This document shows, in pieces, positions 25,838 through 32,000 of a DNA stretch of 32,000 nt. The notes under the pieces were generated by a model. The model was not told the DNA's origin. It searched no databases and worked only from the letters and a program-made list of their open reading frames with translations. The stretch covers positions 150,001 through 182,000 of the forward strand of contig JACKFV010000001.1 in NCBI GenBank assembly GCA_020632335.1. The letters run 5' to 3'. This stretch comes from Candidatus Saccharimonadota bacterium. Its GTDB lineage: Bacteria > Patescibacteriota > Gracilibacteria > UBA4473. Each line of letters starts with the position of its first letter. Position 1 is the stretch's first letter. A program made the position numbers and the translations under genes.

Positions 25838-28027
25838 CTAAATAATCGGCTCGTGGAAGTTCTCGTCCTGCTGCTCTAGGCTGCCGTCTTCCCAGGCTTT
25901 TATCTGTGCTTCGGCGTCGCGTTTGGGCATTGCGTAGGTCTTGCGGCTGTGCTCTCGTATCTCTTTGGCGCAGTTCTTCTCGGGGTAATGTATGGTGAGC
26001 GTCCGCCCACTGAAGGCCTCTTTGAGGTCGCCTTCTATGCTCATTTTGGTGTAGAAGTCTCGTACCCCCAGGTTGATAATGTCCCGCGCGGTGAACTTGG
26101 GCTGCAGCTCCTTCTCGAGAATCTGCGCGTCGTCGCCCCCTACCCGGAAGGTAATCATAGACCCCACATTCCCAAACACCGTCTTGAGGATCTGCGGGGT
26201 GAGCTGCCCCAGGAACTGGTGCGCTATGGTCAGGCACAGCCGGTACTTACGCGCTTCGCTCATGATCTCATCGAAGGTATCAGTGGCAAAGTTCTGGAAC
26301 TCATCCACATAGAAGTAAAAGTCTCTCCGGTTTTCTTCCAGGGTGTCGGCGCGTTCCATGGCGGCTTGGTATATTTTGGTCACGATAATGGCGCCCAGCA
26401 GCTGCGCATTTTCTTCCCCGAGGATCCCCTTACTGACCTTCACCAGCAGTATCTTCTGCCCGTCCATTACCTCCCGTATGTTGAATTTATTATGCGGCTG
26501 GCCCACAATATTCCGTATCATATTCGAGGCCAAGAACTGCCCTACTTTATTGAGGAGTGGTGTGATGGCCTGGTTATCGAATTTCTCACTCCAGCCGGCA
26601 AATTCATTCACCCAGAAGCTCTTGACCGTGTCGTCTTGTATATTCCGCACGATGTCCTGGCGGTAGTTTTTATCCGTCAGCATGCGCATGATGCTCAGCA
26701 CAGTGGTGCCGTCACTGTCCAGCAGCGCCAGCGTTGTCATCCGCAGCACGTGCTCCAGGCGGTCATTCCACCCCGCGCCAAAGAGTTTTTCGAATATCTC
26801 GAGGAAGCCGGTGGTGACCCGTATCTTCAGCTCTGGCTTGACATTCTCTATCGGGTTGAACGCTATCGGGAAGGCAATATCTGTGGGGTCTATCAGCACT
26901 ACGTCTTTCTGGCGGTGCTCGGGCACCATCCGGAGGACATTATCTACCAAGTCCCCATGGGGGTCCAGCACGCCTACGCCTTTGCCCGCCTGCAGGTCTG
27001 CCTGTATCAGCAGCTCAATGAGCTTACTCTTCCCGCTCCCGCTCTTCCCCACCACGTACAGGTGTCGCCGACGGTCACTACGCTTGATACCAAATGGCAC
27101 GCTACTCCCGTGGAAGTTCGTCTTCCCGAAGAAACTAATGTCACTGTCGTGGGTGTCTGTAGGGAGGCCTGGGGGGGCTTCTCCTTTGCGGCTGATGACC
27201 TGGATAATATTGCTCACCTCTCGTTCATTGGGCAGGTGGTAGAGGGTGGCTATCTCATCAGACGATAGCAGCAGACTGGGGTGGCTGCGCTTAGCAAAAG
27301 CCTGCACTGCCGCTGCTCCTTTATACTTTTGTGCTGGTTTTATGCTATTGAGGTCAAGCGTGTTGTAGTTCTTCAGTGTTGAGAGCATAGCGCTCAGTCG
27401 GGTAGCCGCTCCCCCCATAGTAGGGCCAAAGGCCGCCACCCGCAGCGACACCCTATACAGCCGACTCTGGAGCTTACTCGTGATGCTCTGGCTGAAGAGA
27501 TTTCGGTCTTGCTTCTTGAACCAGTACTTTATCCGGAACTTATGCCGGAAGGTATCCAGCATGCGCACAATACCCATCTTCCAGTGGAAGAACCCCGAGT
27601 CTGGCACCGGCGTACAGACCAGCTGGAACCACACGCCCTCCTCTGGTTTGGTCTTGCTCATCACACTCAGCAGCCCCGCCAGGCTATCCCCGTCAAAGTT
27701 CTGGTGGGTGTTGATGGGGTAAATGGCATTCCGCGTGAGGGTTACATCGGCTCCGGCTATGGGCATCCCCTGTGGCAAGAGTGTGGTATAGTCAGGTATC
27801 TGGAGGATTTCCGCTGCGGGAAACACCGCGTAGAACTGCCCCATGAGTACCTGGCACGTGCCGGGGTCCGCCGTGAAGACAAACCCCAGATTACCACTCA
27901 TCGTCACGATTTCCAGGCTGAATGTCTGGCCCACAAGGGTCTCGTGCAACTGGTTAAGGATCTCTGCAAAGGCAACCTCCTTCTTCTGATTATTGGGGGG
28001 CACTTGTATGAGGTAGGTCTCGCGCAT
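25838..28027 (-). CDS. Soluble VirD4/TraD/TraG-superfamily (type IV coupling-protein-like) P-loop ATPase with a ~320-aa N-terminal domain of unknown function (729 aa)
   Basis: Walker A is VVGKSGSGKS (about residues 325-334), Walker B is FYFYVDEFQNF, followed by LTIAHQFLGQL, as in TraG/TraD-type NTPases. No TM helix is present. The start at ATG 28027 (MRETYLIQV) was chosen because the upstream 68 codons of the long ORF are just the antisense of the paralog C 5-prime repeat. Confidence 0.7.
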   Translation of the reverse strand: MRETYLIQVPPNNQKKEVAFAEILNQLHETLVGQTFSLEIVTMSGNLGFVFTADPGTCQVLMGQFYAVFPAAEILQIPDYTTLLPQGMPIAGADVTLTRNAIYPINTHQNFDGDSLAGLLSVMSKTKPEEGVWFQLVCTPVPDSGFFHWKMGIVRMLDTFRHKFRIKYWFKKQDRNLFSQSITSKLQSRLYRVSLRVAAFGPTMGGAATRLSAMLSTLKNYNTLDLNSIKPAQKYKGAAAVQAFAKRSHPSLLLSSDEIATLYHLPNEREVSNIIQVISRKGEAPPGLPTDTHDSDISFFGKTNFHGSSVPFGIKRSDRRRHLYVVGKSGSGKSKLIELLIQADLQAGKGVGVLDPHGDLVDNVLRMVPEHRQKDVVLIDPTDIAFPIAFNPIENVKPELKIRVTTGFLEIFEKLFGAGWNDRLEHVLRMTTLALLDSDGTTVLSIMRMLTDKNYRQDIVRNIQDDTVKSFWVNEFAGWSEKFDNQAITPLLNKVGQFLASNMIRNIVGQPHNKFNIREVMDGQKILLVKVSKGILGEENAQLLGAIIVTKIYQAAMERADTLEENRRDFYFYVDEFQNFATDTFDEIMSEARKYRLCLTIAHQFLGQLTPQILKTVFGNVGSMITFRVGGDDAQILEKELQPKFTARDIINLGVRDFYTKMSIEGDLKEAFSGRTLTIHYPEKNCAKEIREHSRKTYAMPKRDAEAQIKAWEDGSLEQQDENFHEPII

Positions 28028-28080
28028 CACTATGAGTATAGAGTTGCTTGCATCATGTGGCAATGCCAGTATGGTCGAAA

Positions 28081-28197
28081 TATGGAAGTACGCCACTGCT
28101 CCATCTCCGGCAAAGCATTTACTATCACAGACCAAGACATACAGTTCTACGAGAAAATGGGCGTACCACTGCCCACCCTGTGCCCGGAGGAGCGGGC
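28081..28197. repeat. Inner inverted repeat, right arm (117 bp)
   Basis: Partner of 25686-25802 (p+q=53883). It starts 1 nt upstream of the paralog C ATG at 28082. Confidence 0.9.
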
Positions 28198-29743
28198 TAT
28201 GAGGAGGATGGTCTGGAGGAATGAACGACACTTATATAAGAGGAAATGCGATGCCACCGGTAAAGATATTCTGTCTGTAATGGCTCCGACTTACCCCGGG
28301 CAAGTGTACACCCCAGATGCCTGGTGGAGCGATGCGTTTGATGCTCGTGAATATGGTCGTGATTATGACAACACACGCCCTTTCTTAGAGCAATTTGCAG
28401 CCCTTAATGTAGCAGTCCCAGCAGTAGGGAGAGCCGTAGTGGCCACTACTCTGGAGAACTCCGAATACTGTAATGGCTGTGATCGTCTTAAGGACTGCTA
28501 TCTTCTCTTTGAAGCGAATAATGATGAGAAATGTCTCTATGGGAGAGGTGTCTACTACAGCTTTGATACCCTTGACAGTCTACACATAAATCACTGTGAG
28601 GCCTGCTACCAAGTGGTGGACTGTCAGCAGTGTAGCTTCAGCACCTACCTCATGGATGCCACCCAGTGCACGGACTGCCACTACTGCGCCGACTGCATAG
28701 GCTGCTCCCACTGCTTTGGGTGTGTGAATCTCCGCCAAAAGCGCTACTGTTTTAATAACCAACAGTTGACTCCAGAACAGTACACAGAAAAAGTAGCCGA
28801 GTTACGAGCACGCTACACTCCTCATGAACTACACGATTTTTTCTTGGCATTCAGAAAAACCCAACCCGCGCGAGCAAACCACTCTCTCCGTGCAGAAAAT
28901 TCTACCGGAGATTTTCTCTATAACACCCAGAACTGCACCAACTGCTATGACTGCCACGCAAGCCAAGACTGCAGCTATTGCACCAATCTGGCTGAAAAGG
29001 GAACGAATCATACTAACTACGATATTTCCCTCTTTGGGAATGGCACCACCAACTCCTATGAGTGCAATGCTGTAGGAGTTGCTGTAGATAGCCTCTTGTT
29101 CTGTAGTCATTGTATTATCAATAATTATAATCTGGCATACTGTAGCTGGTGCGTCAACGGCACCCACGACTGCTTTGGCTGCGTGGGGCTGAAAAAGCAA
29201 CAGTACTGCATCCTGAATAAGCAGTACAGCAAAGAGGAATACTTCACACTACGAGACCAGATAATAGCGCACATGAAGCGCACCGGCGAGTGGGGCGAGT
29301 TCTTCCCGCCCGGGATGAGCCCCTTTGCCTACAACGAAACCATCGCGCAGGAGTACTATCCGCTCACGCGGGAAGAGGCTCTGGCACGGGGCTACACCTG
29401 GCGCGAGGAGGACAAAAAAGACTACCAGCCGCAGACCTACGTGATCCCCGAGGCCATAGCGGACGTGCCTGAGAGCATCACGAAGGAGATACTGGCCTGC
29501 GAGGTCACCGGAAAAAACTACCGCATACAGCCGGCAGAACTCCAGTTCTACAAAAAAATGGGGCTGCCCATCCCGCGCAAACACCCGGACCAACGGCATA
29601 AAGAACGCATGGCACTGCGGAATCCTCGGCGGCTGTATGACCGGGAGTGCGGCCAGTGTGGGGCCCCTATCTCCACCACTTACGCCCCCGACAGACCCGA
29701 GCAAATCCTCTGTGAGACGTGCTACCAGGCCCTCGTATTCTAG
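28082..29743 (+). CDS. Cysteine-ladder protein, paralog C (553 aa), uncharacterised family
   Basis: The start at ATG 28082 (MEVRHCSISGKAF...) was chosen by identity with paralog B. The first 39 and last ~180 residues are essentially identical to B, and the central ~335 residues are only loosely similar. It is divergent from the ATPase, with a 54-nt spacer. Confidence 0.8.
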   Translation: MEVRHCSISGKAFTITDQDIQFYEKMGVPLPTLCPEERAMRRMVWRNERHLYKRKCDATGKDILSVMAPTYPGQVYTPDAWWSDAFDAREYGRDYDNTRPFLEQFAALNVAVPAVGRAVVATTLENSEYCNGCDRLKDCYLLFEANNDEKCLYGRGVYYSFDTLDSLHINHCEACYQVVDCQQCSFSTYLMDATQCTDCHYCADCIGCSHCFGCVNLRQKRYCFNNQQLTPEQYTEKVAELRARYTPHELHDFFLAFRKTQPARANHSLRAENSTGDFLYNTQNCTNCYDCHASQDCSYCTNLAEKGTNHTNYDISLFGNGTTNSYECNAVGVAVDSLLFCSHCIINNYNLAYCSWCVNGTHDCFGCVGLKKQQYCILNKQYSKEEYFTLRDQIIAHMKRTGEWGEFFPPGMSPFAYNETIAQEYYPLTREEALARGYTWREEDKKDYQPQTYVIPEAIADVPESITKEILACEVTGKNYRIQPAELQFYKKMGLPIPRKHPDQRHKERMALRNPRRLYDRECGQCGAPISTTYAPDRPEQILCETCYQALVF

Positions 29744-29819
29744 GAGGCAATCCTCCGCAGGCTGCTCCTGTAGCAGCTCCAGAGCACTACACCACCATCT
29801 GGTTGTAGGCCTCCTCGCT
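29200..29819. repeat. Outer inverted repeat, right arm (about 620 bp)
   Basis: Partner of 24061-24680. There are three mismatches at 29235, 29244 and 29248, then a 499-bp perfect block, then scattered mismatches from 29748 to 29819. Confidence 0.9.
29787..29819 (-). pseudogene. 33-nt relic of the 3-prime end of a paralog-A-like gene
   Basis: The minus strand reads AGC GAG GAG GCC TAC AAC CAG ATG GTG GTG TAG (SEEAYNQMVV-stop). This is the same peptide and stop as the end of paralog A at 24061-24093. Similarity ends abruptly at 29819. Confidence 0.7.
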
Positions 29820-29855
29820 ATAGACCCTCGATAAAATTCCCGCTATACTAAAGGG

Positions 29856-31139
29856 ATGACGCTCCCCTTCCTCGCTATACAAGATGCCTTCCCGCTCGCA
29901 CTGGCTATAGGACTGGGAGGATTTTTCGGGCTCCAGAGGGATATCCGGCAGCTACACCGCACTCAGCGCTATATGGGGGTACGCACGATGGGCCTGATGA
30001 GCCTTATGGGCTATCTCAGTTTTCAGCTAGGAGAGGCGTGGGCCATGCTAACCTTTGGGGTCCTCGGGCTGCTGCTCATCACCAGTCATATCCTCAAGGC
30101 GATGAAGATAGCCGACCTGGGGATTACCGGTGTCATAGCGGCGCTCCTGCTCTTCTTGGTAGGGATGCTCTGTGCCCAGGGGTCGCTCTTGATTGCCTTC
30201 TTGGCAACGATGCTGCTCTCGCTTTTAGACGGTTACCGGAAAGAAGTCTATCATTTTGCAGACACCCTCACCATCACAGAGTGGCAGTCTGCACTGCACC
30301 TGCTGTTGCTCTCTGGGGTTTTGTTGCCCTTCCTTCCCATAGAACCCCTAGACCCCTGGGGGGTTGTGAGTTTGCGGTCGCTCTGGCTTTTGGTGCTGTT
30401 CATACTGGGTATTGATTTTATTGGCTACTTTTTGGCCAAGTACATCGGCAACAGCAAGAGCATTTTTATGGTATCCCTCTTGGGTGCTATGGTGAGTAGT
30501 ACCGCGGTAACCACGAGCCTCTCCCTCCAGTCGCAGCTTGCCCCAGTGGGGACTGAGCGGCTCTTTGCCGGAGGGATACTCCTGGGAACTATGGTCATGC
30601 AGCTACGAGTCATGGCAGAAATACTGGTCCTCGCTCCAGAAGCACAAAAGCTCTCTCTAGCGCTTATCCCGCTCTGTATGGCTGTGGGGAGTGCTCTGGC
30701 GGTACTCTGGATTACCTATGGGAAGCATAATACCTCCCCCCCTATAGACGAAGAATCCCTGACCCCCACGGTCTCGGTACAGTCTCCCTTTCGTATCCTG
30801 CCGGCGCTGCTCTTTGGCGGTATCTTTGCGGGCATACTGCTCGCACTGTATTTTGCACAACGCTTCTTTGGAGAGCAAGGGGTATATGCAACCGCTTTTC
30901 TCTCCGGGATGGTAGATATTGACGCTATTGTCCTCTCTGCCCTGGAGCAATTGCGTAATGGGATTATGTCTCCGCACATCGCCTCCTCCTCTGTACTCAT
31001 TGCTCTTGCCGTCAATACCGGGATAAAAGTGGTCTATACCTTCCTCTTAGGCCACCGGCGCACAGCGCTTTGGGTACTCAGTGGCATCGGTATGAGTCTG
31101 GTAGCTGGGGGCATCGGCTATGGGCTGTTTATGCTGTAG
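29856..31139 (+). CDS. MgtC/SapB-DUF4010 family integral membrane protein (427 aa)
   Basis: The protein is polytopic. The N-terminal AFPLALAIGLGGFFGLQRD matches the MgtC-type first helix motif, and the length and architecture resemble MgtC plus DUF4010 proteins. AAGGG lies upstream of the ATG. Confidence 0.65.
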   Translation: MTLPFLAIQDAFPLALAIGLGGFFGLQRDIRQLHRTQRYMGVRTMGLMSLMGYLSFQLGEAWAMLTFGVLGLLLITSHILKAMKIADLGITGVIAALLLFLVGMLCAQGSLLIAFLATMLLSLLDGYRKEVYHFADTLTITEWQSALHLLLLSGVLLPFLPIEPLDPWGVVSLRSLWLLVLFILGIDFIGYFLAKYIGNSKSIFMVSLLGAMVSSTAVTTSLSLQSQLAPVGTERLFAGGILLGTMVMQLRVMAEILVLAPEAQKLSLALIPLCMAVGSALAVLWITYGKHNTSPPIDEESLTPTVSVQSPFRILPALLFGGIFAGILLALYFAQRFFGEQGVYATAFLSGMVDIDAIVLSALEQLRNGIMSPHIASSSVLIALAVNTGIKVVYTFLLGHRRTALWVLSGIGMSLVAGGIGYGLFML

Positions 31140-31147
31140 TGATGCCG

Positions 31148-32000
31148 CTACACCCCCTGCACCTGGTAGTCAGGCGCCTGGCCATGCTGCCACTGGTGCA
31201 GCAGTCGCGCAGACTGCTCATAGAGCTGGTGGAGCGAATCATCAGCATAGAAGGCAATATGCGGCGTGGTGATGACCTGCGGGAAGGCAATGAGCGCTCT
31301 CTCCTCCGCCAGATTCGCCTCGTGCTCCAGTACGTCCAGCCCTGCGCCCCCCACCTGCCCAGACCGGAGTGCCGCCACCAGAGACGGGGTATCTATGAGC
31401 CCTCCGCGCGCGGTGTTGATGAGGATGACCCCGCGTTTCATCTGCTGGAGGGTCTGGGCGTTGATCATATGCCCGGTAGCTGGCAGCAGCGGCACATGCA
31501 GTGACAGCACATCACACTGGGGGTAGAGCTCCTCCAGACGCTCTGCGTAGGTGAAATGATAGGCCTTAGACTTCTCCTGCTGCGGCGAGACATCATAGGC
31601 CAGCACGCGCATCTGGAACCCCAGCGACGCTATACGGCACACCTGCAGGCCGATATTCCCCGTGCCCACCACCCCCAGCGTCTTGCCCCGCAGCGCCATC
31701 CCCTGCAGCCCCTGCCACGCGAACTGCCCCGCCTCCACCCGGGTATCCCCCTCACGGATATGCCGCACCAGGCTGAGCAGCAGTGCAAAGACATGCTCGG
31801 CGATGACGTAGCTGCCGTACTCGGGTATATGGCAGACCGTGATGCCCCGTGCCCTGGCGGCGGAGAGGTCGATGTGGTCATACCCCACTGAACGAGTGAC
31901 AATAAGCTCCAGATGCGGCAACTGTGCCATCACCTCGGCCGAGAGGCAGGAACTGACAAAAATGCACACCGCACGAGCAGCGCTATACCGCGGTGCCGTC
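31148..32000 (-). CDS. D-isomer-specific 2-hydroxyacid dehydrogenase family protein (5-prime end outside window)
   Basis: The NAD-binding motif GKTLGVVGTGNIGLQV is present, with catalytic-domain residues (NTARGGLID, LDVLEHE, TPHIAFY). The frame stays open upstream of GTG 31969 to the window edge, so the gene is probably truncated by the window. Confidence 0.8.
   Translation of the reverse strand, partial: TAPRYSAARAVCIFVSSCLSAEVMAQLPHLELIVTRSVGYDHIDLSAARARGITVCHIPEYGSYVIAEHVFALLLSLVRHIREGDTRVEAGQFAWQGLQGMALRGKTLGVVGTGNIGLQVCRIASLGFQMRVLAYDVSPQQEKSKAYHFTYAERLEELYPQCDVLSLHVPLLPATGHMINAQTLQQMKRGVILINTARGGLIDTPSLVAALRSGQVGGAGLDVLEHEANLAEERALIAFPQVITTPHIAFYADDSLHQLYEQSARLLHQWQHGQAPDYQVQGV

Noticed and set aside
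25949-27268. 439-aa plus-strand ORF inside the ATPase gene
   Set aside because: It is antisense to a gene with ordered Walker A and Walker B motifs. Its composition (H/R/L/P/G rich) is typical of a shadow ORF.
27509-28081. 191-codon N-terminal extension of the paralog C ORF, listed as the 744-aa ORF
   Set aside because: The extension is antisense to the ATPase 5-prime region. Paralogs A and B both begin at the ME(V/S)R.CS.SG motif, and the nucleotide repeat shared with B starts 1 nt before ATG 28082.
28028-28231. 68-codon N-terminal extension of the ATPase ORF, listed as the 797-aa ORF
   Set aside because: This stretch is the antisense of the paralog C start and of the inner repeat. The same pseudo-peptide (PLLRAQGGQW.AHFLVELYVLVCDSKCFAGDGAVAYFH) appears in ORF 25460-25879 on the other arm, so it is a repeat artefact and not coding.
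24061-29819. Diversity-generating retroelement (template/variable repeat) as the explanation for the near-identical repeats
   Set aside because: No reverse transcriptase gene is in the window. The repeats are inverted coding ends rather than a TR/VR pair. The few mismatches (G/A, T/A, A/G, C/T) are not adenine-specific, and the variable parts lie outside the repeats.
21966-29855. Classical integrative island at tRNA-Asn (integrase plus att direct repeat)
   Set aside because: No integrase or recombinase ORF is present. I found no copy of the tRNA-Asn 3-prime end near 29.7-29.9 kb. The tRNA adjacency is noted, but mobility is unsupported.
1-32000. CRISPR arrays, rRNA genes, and transposase or IS elements
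   Set aside because: I saw no short regularly spaced direct repeats, no rRNA-like sequence, and no ORF with transposase or integrase motifs on either strand.

Overview
This is a GC-rich bacterial chromosomal window. The pilin-like proteins and compact gene spacing hint at a small-genome, possibly Patescibacteria/CPR-like lineage, but that is inference only. About two thirds is recognisable housekeeping: a metallophosphoesterase, pnp, a DUF937 protein, a rhomboid protease, an FtsQ-like protein, frr, recF, tRNA-Thr, an S41 C-terminal processing peptidase, a DapF-fold racemase-like protein, a GNAT acetyltransferase, an MFS transporter, a class B PBP, murI, a SAM methyltransferase, tRNA-Asn, an MgtC/DUF4010 membrane protein and a partial 2-hydroxyacid dehydrogenase. 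Three regions stand out. (1) 22.0-29.9 kb, directly downstream of tRNA-Asn, holds three paralogous ~550-aa cysteine-ladder proteins that I cannot assign to any characterised family. They surround a soluble VirD4/TraD-like P-loop ATPase. Two of the paralogs face each other across the ATPase inside a 5.8-kb quasi-palindrome. That palindrome is built from two nested inverted-repeat pairs: an outer pair of about 620 bp containing a 499-bp perfect block, and an inner pair of 117 bp that starts one base before both start codons. These repeats bracket two ~1-kb cores that are strongly diverged. This looks like a recombination, gene-conversion or inversion cassette and is my best candidate for an undescribed system. 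(2) 11.1-16.5 kb is a tightly packed operon of four secreted proteins. Three of them end in a TrbC/VirB2-like two-helix hairpin. (3) 6.8-7.7 kb is a low-GC islet next to tRNA-Thr with a gene broken at a G8 homopolymer. I saw no CRISPR array, rRNA, integrase, transposase or reverse transcriptase. All family calls come from motifs read by eye, with no database search.
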